A DNA stretch of 63,216 bases, counting the filler, from Pelomyxa schiedti (Eukaryota; Protista; Evosea), in the NCBI GenBank assembly GCA_020536535.1. It is 12 parts of 12 records of this genome, joined end to end, with 100 filler letters (N's around TTAATTAATTAA, not from the genome) between each part and the next. Parts side by side here need not be neighbours in the genome. Positions count along the whole stretch, not along the records: positions 1 to 13,317 come from JAHLWZ010001197.1; 11 more parts are not named here. One strand, written 5' to 3'. Below are positions 1-12,510 of this stretch, piece after piece (positions within the stretch are counted from its first letter, which is position 1; each line of letters starts with the position of its first letter). The position numbers and the translations under genes are program-made. A model generated the notes under the pieces. It was given only the letters and a program-made list of their open reading frames with translations. It had not been told where the DNA came from and ran no database searches.

Positions 1-747
1 CAGTTGCGGCGGGGCATGATTTGCACGGACGTCACAAGGGGGCATACTCGCCGCCTGCACTGTCCGAACCGACCACCCCCGAGGGTGGCGGTGGGACCCA
101 TCAGGTCGTAGTCGGTTATACACAGAGATAACCGACACAACAGCGGGGGGTGTGTTTTATGCCATATACACCTTGGACGTCCGGAAACCCGACACCCCGT
201 CAGTGATGCACACTCCCGATCCCAGCAGATCTTTGCGTTTTTCTGTTTTTATGTGCTTTTGTTTTTTTTTTGGAAGAGCGATAAGCAGGGCACTGCTGCC
301 AGTGGTTAAAGAGTGATATGGATTTCCACTTTGAGGAAATGCAAGAATAAAACCACCTTTTATGTGAACCTGGGTGTTTATATGTATGTAGTAAAAGTCA
401 TGAAAGTAAAATAGGTATAGGATAGGTGTCAGTCAAATGTTTGACTGGATTCCAGCTCAGCTCTTCCTCTGATCCATATTTTTTGAATCCAACTGCTGTC
501 CCACTATTTATGAAAGAAATAAGAAGAAAGCAACGGCAAAAGTCCAGTCCGAGGTGGGAAAAGGAAAAGAACAACAAAACAATAAATCAAAGTTGTAATA
601 CCGTGGCCAAGGGTTGATATACATTCCAACGGCTTTTGCAACATAGGTTATAATACGCCCATAAGTTATAACTAACGTTTACGGCGCACGCGCACACGCC
701 CGGAGCAACTACGCCATTGTGGGATTGCACAATCATCAGCCTCACCG

Positions 748-1209
748 GTGGCTGTTGTGGGCCCGCGGCTGGCGTTGTCGTCCGGGGCGACGCGCCGCGG
801 CTCCACCATCGCCACCGCCGTGGTTGTTGCTGTGTGCTTGCAGGTGTATCCAGTCAATCGCTACGTTCGGAATTATGGTAATCTCCTTGGACATCACTGG
901 ACGGATTGTGAGTCCAATTTTGAGAAAGCTGTGCAAGCCCTCATCGACTGCGGTGACCACCATCCCACTAGGTTCGCGTGCCTCCGTGAGCTGCGAAATG
1001 AGTTGGTAACTCATTTAACCAAGGAAGGATCCACACACCTCCAGGAGAAGGAACTTCGGGCAATCACGGTGAACAATGTTGCGTACTCCATAGCCCACAT
1101 GTGTGAACTGGTTTTCCAAAAAGACACCGCCGCTTTATGCTTCCAGATGGAATTCAACCTGTGGTCCAGAAAGGTAGACGGCGAAAGATACCTGGTTGCA
1201 GTGTTTTAA
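748..1209 (+). CDS. Uncharacterised ORF, possibly first exon of a spliced or decayed gene
   Basis: 153-aa ORF with globular-looking composition. Possible GT..AG intron after about 1173. No recognisable motif. Confidence 0.3.
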   Translation: MAVVGPRLALSSGATRRGSTIATAVVVAVCLQVYPVNRYVRNYGNLLGHHWTDCESNFEKAVQALIDCGDHHPTRFACLRELRNELVTHLTKEGSTHLQEKELRAITVNNVAYSIAHMCELVFQKDTAALCFQMEFNLWSRKVDGERYLVAVF

Positions 1210-2604
1210 TGTGATACCGATTTCTAGAAAGAGACACTTACTTTGAAGACAACTCCATACAACTGTTGTCAACGATCCCAGTCACAAACTTTGGCTTGAC
1301 CAACTCCCACAGGGTCAAAAAGTCCTTCTTGGGTTTGTTGTATCCAGTGAACACCATTCAATTTGATTGTTTGACCCAAATCAATATGGCGAAGAAATTG
1401 AGCCACACATATCAGCTTCGCTTTCTTGCAGTAGTTGCACTCTTACCCTGAAATCCATGGGGAAAGCAAAGAACATCCCTGTGTTTAAATATGAGAACGC
1501 ACTCTTGAGAGTAATTGATACCGGAAATACAAATTGAATCCTTGAAGTAAAACAGGGCATTGAATGCTCCATGCTTCTACCTGAGGGGTAACATTTTGAG
1601 ACGGAAACAGAGAGACAGTAATATCTCGACGGTGGCGCCATGGTCGGAAAACAAAAAAGTGACAGTGAGGTTGAGGATGCACCAGCATGACATGATAGAT
1701 GACTTCCATCCACTCAGGCACACGCAGGACAACAAACCTGCCGCATAATTTTGTGCATGTTCTTCCTCATCCAGTCTTCTTTGATTGAGTGAGTGAGAAA
1801 ATGAACAGGACCATTGTTGGACACACCTCGCACTCACTTGGAAAATCAGAGTGCAAGTGCAAGTACTGGAAAGTAGGGGAGAACTACTAGGGGCAAAATG
1901 ATGCTGGAAATTCAACGAAACTAGACGAACGTGTTGCTGAACACAGCGGCGAGGTGGAGGAGGTGCGGCGTCTATAGCGCTATTGTGGGACAGATGAGAT
2001 ATTTGTTGAGGTGTCGAAGTCTACGAGCCACCAGCGTGCTGTTCGTCCCATAATAGGCGCGTGTGTTTTGTTGTTGCGACTTTTTCTCTTTTTTTTTTTT
2101 TTGTTTCTACTTCGTTACAGCGACTTCCTATTGGTAAATTCGCAAGTCAGTTTAACTACTGCTGCCACAACATTTATGCGATTATAATTAGGTGTTCCAT
2201 AGAACAAGTTAGAATAGAGTTTATCAGTAGCTACGGAAATGCAGAAACAAGCTCACACAGTAAGGTATATTTCCTGTACGGGATTTTTGGACTGAATTTT
2301 CAACAGAGTGGCCAGAATTAAATGTACTGACTCCCCGATACATTGTTCTAATACGATACAGAAATAAAAAAAGATGCGGCCAATTAATTCAATTTAGACC
2401 CACCACATTCACGAGAAAGCTATACTTGCTTATAATAATGGAGAATCCTTCAGATGCAAGAATTGCTTATTAAAAGGCTTACAGTAAATACACAAGATTG
2501 AGGGAAGTGGCAACGCCATACGACAAGTTCTCCTTGTTGTTAGTTAAGTGTTGCGGTGTGAGAGCGATTCTTGTATGTGGTTTGGTTTGGGTGTCCACTA
2601 GTCA

Positions 2605-4113
2605 CTAGGAGAAGAATGACCCACCACCAGTCTGCTTTGCTGTGGGGGTAGTTGTTGATAGTGCTGCTGTATTTGGGCCTGTGTTAGCACTACTACCACT
2701 GGTGGTAGTGGTTGTAGTAGGTGCTGGTGAGGAGGGACCAAGACGAGGAGAAAGGAAGGAGTGGATGTGGGTGGCAGGGGAGGGGTCAGTGGGGGAGCCA
2801 CCAGTGCAGGACTGCCGCGCGGACGAGGAGGAGCGGTGGTGGGGTTGGTGCTGTGATGGCGGTGGCATCCTGCCCGTTGCTAGCACAGCAGGGAACTGTT
2901 CCGGTGCTGCCGCTGTGTGTCCTGGGAGTTGTTGTTGCTGCTGCGGGTCGCGCGGGTGGTGATGGTGGTGACGGTGTTGATGGAGTGAAAAGGCGCTGTT
3001 TGCTACTGCAGCCGGGCGTTGCTGTTGCTGTGGCTGTGGCTGTGGCTGTGGCTGGATTTGTATTTGTATCTCTAGTTGTTGTGGTTCGGGTGTGACACGT
3101 GCTGTTGTTCCCGGCGCGGTATCATCATGCCCTGTGCTGGGCGACGTGACCAAAGGTGAAGTTGCTGAGGAAGTTAATTGCAATTCCCGGTTTTCCAGGA
3201 CAACCTCGGGGCTGATTTCTTCCTTGTTCTGAATCAAATAGCGTACGTAAGGGAACGAAATTTATGCTGGCTTTTACCTCAGTCCAGTTTTGTACTTGCT
3301 TCTGCACTTGTTTAATACGATTCTGGCAGGCTCGCCATTGCCGGCAGACTTGGTGAAATGCCGCAGTATTTTCTGCTGATACCTGTTTTGCCTCCTCAAG
3401 TTCGATGTGGAGTACCCCTATAAGATTCAAATTCGTGGTATCTCTTCCATATCAACATATATGTGCGGTCCAAGATCAATTACTCCCTTGTGAACAATTT
3501 AATACTGCGTACAATAAATATGCACACAGACATACTTCGGAATACAATTCATGATTGCTTGGGGTTTATCGCCTTCTGAAGCACCAATAAGAAGGAGGGC
3601 TGTTGCAGGGAGTACAAGGGGTTTAGGGGGTTCTTCCTTGGCAGCAACGGCAACCATGGCCACGGGCTCCACTGCCGGCGATTCTTGTGCGCCCGTGCCG
3701 TTCCCGCTACCCCTGCCCCTGCCCCTGCCGCTACCCCGGCCCTGCACTGCCCCGGCACCCGCACCCGCACCGCCCCCGCCCTGCACCCGCACCCGCACCA
3801 CTGGTGGCACCACCCCTGGCCCCCCACGCCCACGCCCTGCTGTCGATGCTCCTGTATCACGCTGTTGCGGCCCCCCGCGGCCGCGCCCCACGACGCTGCA
3901 GGTGCCCCCGCCCCCACCCCTGCTGCCAAGCTGCGCCGCCGCAGATGCAGCCGTAGCCGCCGAAGATGACGACGAGCTGCCTCCTCGGACCTGGGCGACT
4001 CCTCTACCAGCTAGCCCTGGCCACGCGGGTGTTCGGCCCCAGCCGAGGTAGCCGCCTCGGCGTCCTTGCCAGCCAGGCACCGGTATCCCAAAACTACGTC
4101 GTACACCACTCAT
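2605..4113 (-). CDS. Spliced low-complexity protein (RGG-rich N-terminus, short coiled coil, Q/H/P-rich C-terminus)
   Basis: ATG at 4113 (MSGVRR...GRGRGG), middle exon LHIELEEAKQ...IKQVQKQVQNWTE, and last exon 3237-2605 (poly-Q/H/T). All are on the minus strand, separated by short AT-rich intron-like gaps. Confidence 0.55.
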
Positions 4114-4284
4114 CCCTCCTTGTGGTTGGTTGTGTCGGTCTGTTGTGATGCGTGCTGCTACTGTCGAAGAGTGTTTCGGTATGTTGGAAAGATGTAAATC
4201 CTGCTGGGTCCACTTTAAGTCAATCAGAAAATTCAAGATGCCTCTAGCACCAGATGATCCCTTAGCAGATTAGCGGAACTAAAA

Positions 4285-4927
4285 AATTCATACCAGGGTT
4301 CCAGAGTGGAAATATCCTCACCACTGTTTTGGTTTCAGTTGGAACTTTCAAGGTTGGTGCAATAAATCGAGTTCANNNNNNNNNNNNNNNNNNNNNNNNN
4401 NNNNNNNNNNNNNNNNNNNNNNNNNNNNNNNNNNNNNNNNNNNNNNNNNNNNNNNNNNNNNNNNNNNNNNNNNNNTGCCGGGAATCCAGCACAGAATATT
4501 ATAAAAATTTCGAGTTGCAACGAAAAAGGTTGTATCATCCAGGGTATTAGTAGTATACAAAAAGGGTCTCATTTCATTGACATCGAATTTTGGGTTCCTG
4601 TTCACAACACTTGTCAGTGACAATTCTTTCCAGAGAGTTGTGGTGTTTGGTGGATTGTGCTCATGAAAAAAGAAAGAAATTTTGAGGAGGTTGGTGCTGA
4701 GATGGAGTCAGAGTGAATTCATACCAGGGTTCCAGAGTGGAAATATCCTCACCACTGTTTTGGTTTCAGTTGGAACTTTCAAGGTTGGTGCAATAAATCG
4801 AGTTCATGCCGGGAATCCAGCACAGAATATTATAAAAATTTCGAGTTGCAACGAAAAAGGTTGTATCATCCAGGGTATTAGTAGTATACAAAAAGGGTCT
4901 CATTTCATTGACATCGAATTTTGGGTT
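4285..4927. repeat. 212-bp direct repeat (4285-4375 + 4476-4596, split by an N gap, equals 4716-4927)
   Basis: The two flanks of the 100-N gap join seamlessly to reproduce 4716-4927. Either a tandem duplication or an assembly artefact. Confidence 0.85.
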
Positions 4928-6887
4928 ATTAGTGCTTAGCAAGCTTAGTTAGGACACTATTGTGGCTTCTCAAAGATTCAGGGAATACTTCTCAGTTGCA
5001 GGAAGAGAGGAATTGGAAATGGTGGGAACAGTGAACCACTAGTAGTACGCACACGAAAGCGTCCCCTTCCTTTGCATTTAGCGGAGCTCTGGCGGTTTCG
5101 GTAGTTCCCACCAACTCCATCCCCCTCTTTTCTTCTCATTGCTCAATAATTAGTTTTATATGTATTTTAAGGTATCTTTCGAAAGAAGTACGTTGGAAGT
5201 GGCCTGGCAACACTGAGAGTGTGTAGGACCACTCGGTAGACACTCAGAACAGACATTGGGAGGGTGGCCAACCACAGGCTATGAGTGCCAAGGTGCTGGT
5301 AAAGTGCCTTGTGGTGTTGGGGCACCAATTGGGTGGTAGCCCTGTGTTGTTGTTGTTGTTGTGGTTTGGGACAACAAGTCTGCTCCTCGGCAACACTTCA
5401 CGCGCTGTGATGTTGTGTGTTCTTTGGGAAAAAAACCCCCGATCAGAGTTGATTTCATTGAGACACCGATTTGCACCTAACGCAACGCTTTTCGGAACAC
5501 TACACACAACAACGGTTCGCCGACAGGGGTTTCTGAACATGTACGGGGGTGCCTAGACACGCACGGGGGTGTCTCAACATGGTTTGTGTGACACATGGTG
5601 GGGGTCTGGTGACGTGGTGAGCCGCGGCGCTGCCCCAAACAGAGGGCCTACTACAAGACCAAAGTGCTACGACGCTTGTTTGGTGAGGGTGTTGTGCACA
5701 GATTGGCAAGAGTGGTGGGTGTGTTTTGTCTCAATCCCTCTAGGTTTCAGTTGTTAAATGATTTGTATCAAAGAATGTTTTTTTATTTAAATTTTAATTC
5801 CTTCATTTTTGTTTTCAATTTTCCTTTATTGACTTTGCGTTATTCTGTTTTCGTTCTAGAACGTTTTTGCCTTTGCTTTTTCTTCTAACACCAACACAGA
5901 CAACAGAATAAGAACCAGAGAGAACACAGCAGTGCGTTTCCGTTATTTTCTCTATCTCCAGAGGTCCTTCTTTTTTTCCGCATTCAACCTGTTGTACTGG
6001 GTTCCAGCCTCCATTTCCGAATTTGTGGCACTGGTATGTCACTCTTCTTTTTTCTTTTTTCCAGTCTCACATAGCGTAATTAAGTGGTTGACTTTGCTGG
6101 TAGAGATGACAGCCTGTTACCAAGGAGCATTCTCTCCCTTCTTAATATTGGCCACACGACACCAACACCAGGCCACACTCCCACTCTATCCCCTTTGGAG
6201 AAAAACTTGCAGAATCCCCCCTCAAGAGGTTCTCATCCTCCTGACTTTCATTAACAGGTGAACTCATAATACCCAACCGAGTCTGCAGGAAGATAAAGTA
6301 CAAGAAAGACGACTTCACTTCCGGTGTTCAGACTTTTTTTTCGAAAAAAAAAATCAGATGTCCAACACGAGTGCGTCGGTAAGCAATCAATTGAGGCAAA
6401 GCTTCTTTGGGACTGGGCTTGAGCCCCATGCTCCCAATTGGCGCCGTGGCATCTCTGACAAGTATGTTGTGGACTAGTTGACAGTCACAGTGGTAGCAGG
6501 TCGTTCAGTGCCCACCTCGTCCAGAGCACGCGAGTCGTCATCTGAAGCCCTCACGTGTCCCCCAGTCCCAGTCCCGGTATCTGTCTCAGTCGCAGTTACA
6601 GGAGCAGTAGGCTGTGTTGAAGCCCTCGCGTGTCCACTTCTGATTCCCAGTCGTCGTCCTCACCGGCACAGCAACCACAACCGCCTGTGGTTGTGTAATG
6701 CCTGCACGTGGTATGCCCACCAGGTGGCCCCGTCCCCAGGTCGCCAGTTACCAGAGTGACGTGGTGTCGTGCCACCGTTGTTGTCGTCGTGTTTTTACTG
6801 CTGTCAGTGTCGTCGTTCTCGGTCTCTTTCGGAGCCATTGGTGATTGATTGATCGGTGAAAAAAACGCATAAAATGCCTCCCTTTGT

Positions 6888-7733
6888 CACTGATGCACCT
6901 GCCACACTCAAAATCCTCTCGGCCTTTTGGGCCAAAAGGTCATCAGTGGAGTGTGCATATGAATGATGGGGTCTGGTTGGGGGGGGTTCCCATTCTGCCA
7001 GCACTGAANNNNNNNNNNNNNNNNNNNNNNNNNNNNNNNNNNNNNNNNNNNNNNNNNNNNNNNNNNNNNNNNNNNNNNNNNNNNNNNNNNNNNNNNNNNN
7101 NNNNNNNNGAGTGTTGCACCTGCCCACTCAAAGCTCTCGGCCTTTTGGGCCAAAAGTTCATCAGCGCCAGCAGCATCCATCCATATGCACACAAGAACAC
7201 TGAAAAATGAGGAGGTGGAAGGTGCCACATTAGTAATGTGATGCCGCACTGATGCACCTGCCACACTCAAAATCCTCTCGGCCTTTTGGGCCAAAAGGTC
7301 ATCAGTGGAGTGTGCATATGAATGATGGGGTCTGGTTGGGGGGGGTTCCCATTCTGCCAGCACTGAAAAATGAGGTTGCATTTGCCCACTCAAACTCCTC
7401 TCGGCCTTTTGGGCCAAAAGGTCATCAGTGGCCCAGGCAAATGATGGGAAGAACAGAGAAAACCCTCTTCAGCTCTCCGGCATTGAAGAGGGAAGTGACT
7501 GCCACGCACAAACCAGACCCTCCAGCACTCAGGCATTGGAGAGTGGAATGCGCTGAATGACAGCCATATTTTTCTCTACTCTTCCCACCACCCACCTTGA
7601 CCCCTGAAAAATGAGTGTTGCACCTGCCCACTCAAAGCTCTCGGCCTTTTGGGCCAAAAGTTCATCAGCGCCAGCAGCATCCATCCATATGCACACAAGA
7701 ACACTGAAAAATGAGGAGGTGGAAGGTGCCACA
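6888..7733. repeat. Array of five palindromic motifs CTCTCGGCCTTTTGGGCCAAAAG(G/T)TCATCAG within a duplicated ~490-bp unit
   Basis: Motif starts at 6916, 7134, 7275, 7398 and 7638. 6888-7008 equals 7247-7367 and 7109-7229 approximately equals 7613-7733. The core CCTTTTGG-G-CCAAAAG(G) is self-complementary. Confidence 0.9.
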
Positions 7734-7742
7734 CATTACCAT

Positions 7743-7890
7743 TGCCACTGCCACTGCCACTGCCACTGCCACTGCCACTGCCACCGCCACCGCCACCGCC
7801 ACTGCCACTGCCACATTTCCACCTTGCCACATTGCCACCTTGCCACATTGCTGAATTGCCACATTGCCACATTGCCACATTGCCTGCCAC
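7743..7890. repeat. (TGCCAC)n microsatellite grading into (ACATTGCC)n
   Basis: Directly visible tandem hexamer and octamer units. Confidence 0.95.
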
Positions 7891-8054
7891 AGGGATTGCA
7901 CAGTGTTGTAGATGATAGGCACATCAACACTGCTCTATTTAATGTTATGGTAACAAAACAACTATACCAATTCCAGGAAGATAACAGATCAATGCTCTGT
8001 ATGTGGGTAAGTTCATGATTAGGTAGTGTTAATTACAATGAGACTCTCAACAAC

Positions 8055-8312
8055 TCCCGCCAGCCCCACTAGCCCTGCCAGCCCTGCCAGCCCCCGCCAG
8101 CCCCCGACAGCCCCCAACAGCCCCAGACCAGCCCCCGACAGCCCCCCGACAGCCCCCGACAGCCCCCGCCAGGCACCGACAGCCCCCGACAGCCCCCGAC
8201 AGGCACCGACAGCCCCCGACAGGCACTGACAGCCCTCGACAGCCCCCGACAGGCACCGACAGCCCCCGACAGCCCCCCGACAGCCGTGCCCTGTGCCCTG
8301 TGCTCTGTGCCC
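8055..8312. repeat. GC-rich minisatellite, ~10-bp units (GACAGCCCCC / GACAGGCACC), followed by (CTGTGCC)n
   Basis: Directly visible tandem degenerate decamers. Confidence 0.9.
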
Positions 8313-8899
8313 TGTGCTTCTAGGGCGGCCGCCGGGCCCGCCCCCGCCCGCGCCCCAGCAGTGCCGCCGTTTCCACCGTGCCGTGCCTCGTGGGACCACT
8401 CTCTATGCGCGGTCGTAGTCGGTGGGTGCACTGGGTACAGTGCCTTGTTGTTTAATTTATTTTTTTCCTTTATCGTTTTTTCAAACACAGGATGACTGAG
8501 GACAAAATTTTTCGCAGCCTGATCGGCTGCTCCGGGGAGAACAAGCACAGGTGAGGCAAGGGATCATGGGAAAACCCAACGTTCCTTCCCGCAAGGAGGG
8601 CCCAGGTCCTCGGATCAGTTAACAGAAAACCAAAAAAAATGCAATCCAGGGTGTTAATAAAGGACAGGGCTTCGTTCACAGGTGCATTGTGTTGGGAAAG
8701 TGTGGCTCGTGTTGTTGGTTTTAACATTGTGGGACCACAGCAATACTGGATACTGTGTCGTTTTCGCCGCGCATTGACATTTCGTTTGGCTGCGCAGCGA
8801 CTCTGGTGTCGGCGCGCGGTGGGGCTTCTGGTGCGAGTGGTGGTGGCGGAGGCGGCGGCGGGCTGTCGGCCTTGGTCATTATCCACGTAAGCTTACTGT

Positions 8900-9755
8900 G
8901 TGTTGTTGGGCGTTCCCTATTGTGGGACGAAACTGCATCAGGAAGTAGCACCTATTCTGGCCATTATTGGCTCTGCGGGAAATATATCTGTAGAACCCGT
9001 TGACTTGTTGCACGCCGTATCTTCCCTCTCACCCGACAACCAGGTATACGCCACGTTCACTCCTCAGCATTATGCACTAATCGCAGTCCCAGGAAGTCGA
9101 GATAACCATCGCCAACGATCCTAAGCAGCCCCGTAGTATGTGTACTGTGGCGGTTTCAACGGTATCCTCACGAGAGGTGAAGCCAATACCTATTTTGTCC
9201 GCCACAATGCTTCCTAAAAGAGTTGTTGTGCCTCTTGTAACCAAGGTTTGGGTTGATTTTCTTTCCTTTAGTTTTTGTTTAAATACACACTTATCGTCAC
9301 TCTAGGCTGATATATTTCTTGATAGGGCTCTGCAAGAAGACCTCTTTCAGTTGGTGCAATACTTCCGCTCTGAGTTGCAAGCAGTGCAATCCTTTGCCGG
9401 CAAGGAAATAACCAATGCCGTTGTTACAGTTGATCTGAGGGGCAACACTCTCTGCCTCCAGTGTTGCCCTGCTGATGTCTGTTGGGCACTTCTGAAAACT
9501 ATATGCTGGGACAGACAAGTTCATTATGAAGTTACAGAAGGTACGGCATGCTTATTTCCCACACATTGCTTACACAAACAACAAAGAGGCTGCAGTATCT
9601 TTTGTTCCTTTTCGAGCCAAGGTGCCACTGGACAATTTATACAACGCTCTGGCATTGTCCCGGAATCAAGCTGGAAACCAACTATTGAGTATCTGGCAGT
9701 CATTGTTTCAAAAATGCATTTTAACTTATACTTGTATGTATACAGGGTTTACTAA
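8900..9755 (+). pseudogene. Uncharacterised spliced gene remnant
   Basis: Coding-like segments (LLGVPYCGTKLHQEV...; DLFQLVQYFRSELQAV...) with an intron-like gap at about 9246-9305, but interrupted by stops. Confidence 0.3.
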
Positions 9756-9944
9756 CAATTCTGAAGTCCAATTGATCACAATGAATCAGTTGTATAATGT
9801 CATCTATTTCATTTGACCTGACATAACAAGAACTTTGTTCATACAATCGTTTTTTTTTTTTTTATTCCCACAAGTGGTGTCAGATCCACAACCTGTTTGT
9901 TCCCACCAATTGAAAAAAAAAAAAACGATAAATGGTTCTGGCAG

Positions 9945-11227
9945 TTAGGTGTTGTGTGTTTCATTGGTTGCAATGATGAAATTTACAAAATTCTTGAAGG
10001 CATTCTCATAGCTTGCAAGAAGCTCTGACAGTTTTTGAGCCACAGTTTCACAATTCTCAAGAACTTGAGCAATGAGCACAGCTAGGGTGAGTGTGATATT
10101 CTCCTGCTGAACCCCAATGTTCGCAAGTGCATCTAAAGCTCTACACACATGTCTATCAACTCCTGGAAGCCAAAATCTTCCTACTTCTATGTCACAACAC
10201 TTTCCAATTGCAGCAAGGCTTTCATCAGATATCTATAGGATGAACTTAGTTTGAGCAACAGAAAGAGAGCAAAACAAGCAAACTCCTGTTGATGCTGCAT
10301 CAACAGCACCACAAACAAACCTCATCAACAGAGGTGTTGTCACTCCTCGCCGAGGCCTCCTCGCCGTCGCGCAACGTGGCCGCGGCACCACCATCACATC
10401 CTCCTTCCACCACTAGGCCAATGGCATCGCTGACCAACTGGCTGAGCACAGATGGCGCCCCACTGCCCGGGGTAGATCCTGGCTTGTGTGGGGTGTAGTG
10501 GAGTCGCGGCATAGGCGGGAGCTGGTACACTATGACACGCGGGGGCGACGCCACCGCGGTGGGTGCCGATGCGGATGCGGCTGCAGCTGCGCTGCGTAGC
10601 CCTCCTCCTGGCGCTCCTCCTGTGCCGTCGACGAGGCGCAGGGCAGCGAGGCAGGCCTTGAGCCACGCCACGACACGGGACAGGAACAGGGAGGCTACGC
10701 TAAGCTGGGTCACGAGGGTGCCGCATCTGCTGGCGATGTGGGGCCATTCCTGGCGCATCGTGCGGGGCATGCAGAGTGCTGCGTGCCTCTCTCTGGCCTC
10801 AACCAAAATCCCACTGTTCACTTGCGGCAACAGCCCGGCGCGAAGCACCTTCATGTCGTCCATAAGGTCCCTGGTGCACGATACAATTTTTTTCCACAGG
10901 TCCTTTGGAAGTTAGACTGAAACCAGAAGCCGATCATACACAGTACCTCTGCTGGACTCGGATGTGTTGGGGCCCTGCTCTTTGGCATTGTCCTTCTCTG
11001 CACTTCAGCTTCAATTCTGCTCATGAGTGTGCTTGGCGGCAGAGAAGTCGTGCTGGACAAAGGGCTCGTAGAGGTGGTGGACTCCAAGTCGTTCGAGTAC
11101 ACAGGAGGAAACATTGTTGGGTGGCTATGCAGAGAAGTAATAAGCGCGGTACCTTGATGTTGGTTTTTGTCGATTTGATGCTTACGTCATGGAGTTGGGC
11201 AAAGTGTGGCTCAAGGGAAATAATCAC
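9945..11227 (-). CDS. Spliced uncharacterised helical protein; paralog of the gene at 13418-14393
   Basis: Exons 11227-~11150, 11114-~10945, ~10915-~10325 and ~10235-9945. Motifs LLPQVNSGILVEARER, IASRCGTLVTQL...VVAWLKA and CRALDAL align with the 13.4-kb gene. The 5' end is uncertain. Confidence 0.6.
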
Positions 11228-11649
11228 ACCTCGTGTGCCGAGGTAGATTGGGTTGGGATAGTGACCACCACACTGTGTGCTGGGGTGTCGATGGTTGTTG
11301 TTTTACTTGTGTAGTAAGGGAGAAAGAAGCCCGAATGCAAACACAAGAGTTTATTGTTTATTACTTTAGCTTTTTGCTTGCAATAACTACGATGGTGTTG
11401 TTCCCGCCTTATAAAGGCGCTAGAATCAGTTCTAGGTGTCGCCTGGATCTCCCTCAGGTCATGATTCGCGGTAGTATTCCCAGAAATCCATCAGTGATTA
11501 GAACCGTACTTAGAACTTACAGCGACTCGAAGTCACCTCGCCACACCTCGCCACACCAAGCATCAAGGAAAAAAAAACTAAAATTATTTTTAACATACAA
11601 CAATCAACAAAAAGTTTCTTGGGGTGTCGTCATCATTGTCTAGTAGGAA

Positions 11650-12510
11650 TGTCATATGCCATGTGGAGCTTGTTCACACGCTGAAGCACAACGACCCCAG
11701 CAGGTGACACCACTAAAAAGTGATGAGATAAGAAAAGTGTTGAGTATTATCTGTATGTGATATGATATGACTGTATTAATAGTGCTGAAGTGGGAGAGGG
11801 GTTTATTCACGTACACAATGTGCTGCTCTGGTGGTTTTCTATACAAGCGAGCAAGTCTTCAATAAAGATGACAGGCCAGTGACACTCCGCCCTTGTTTTC
11901 GTGTGGTGATAGTAAAGTTCTGGTTTTTTGGGATTAACTTTGGCATGATGGAACCCAACAAGAGAGAATACCATGCGCAAGAAATGTAACAGACAATTTG
12001 CCAGTTGGGTTGTATGATGCCATGACCAAGTCCGGACCATCTCCAGCTTCAATAGAAACATCTTCAGAGTGCGCAATTTGCTTAAACGCGGCGATACGTT
12101 GAGAGAGGACTGGATTACTGATTTCTACCACAACCTAAATACAGATGAGGAAAATGTTTTCAACCAACAAATCAAACCTGATATGACCGGGGTGGGAATA
12201 ACTGTGGGCTCTGTTTAGGATCGTCGCTGCACTTCCTGAGTTGGATAAATTCCTCCCTTGCGTCTCCACGGAGGGACAGTGATATCCCAGAATGGTTGAC
12301 AATGTGCAAGGAGACAACCTGTGAAGAACAGGTTATAGAGAGAAGTTCAGGATGAAAAGTACCGAATTTGGATCAAACTTGAGGAGCTCTTGCAGCATTG
12401 TGGTTGGGTGTACGTAGAAATTTATTGTATTTGAATCACTTGGGAATTTTATCAGAGAAAATATGTCCTGGGTTACTCCAGTTAGAGAAAGCACGTACTT
12501 CTTTAAAAAA
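11650..12510 (-). pseudogene. Decayed spliced gene, unknown family
   Basis: Consecutive coding-like minus-strand segments (FDLLVENI; VVVEISNPVLSQRIAAFKQ...) separated by intron-like gaps and in-frame stops. Confidence 0.3.

Noticed and set aside
55-115. Hammerhead ribozyme on the minus strand (CTGATGG-GTCC..GGAC)
   Set aside because: The core should be CUGAUGA..GAAA, and both elements deviate.
3549-4051. Plus-strand Pro-rich ORFs, and similar antisense ORFs at 7576-8548, 43922-44809 and 61671-62417
   Set aside because: Shadows of GC-rich coding strands or tandem repeats.
6916-7670. Bona fide U2 snRNA genes
   Set aside because: Only the first 14 nt match. No GTAGTA branch-point sequence or downstream U2 structure is present.
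6888-7733. CRISPR array
   Set aside because: Spacers are long and unequal, two are duplicated, there are no cas genes, and the context is eukaryotic.
8503-8531. Sm site plus hairpin (AAAATTTTTCGCAGCC-TGATC-GGCTGC) as an snRNA 3' end
   Set aside because: No upstream U1, U4 or U5 signature, and such short patterns arise by chance.
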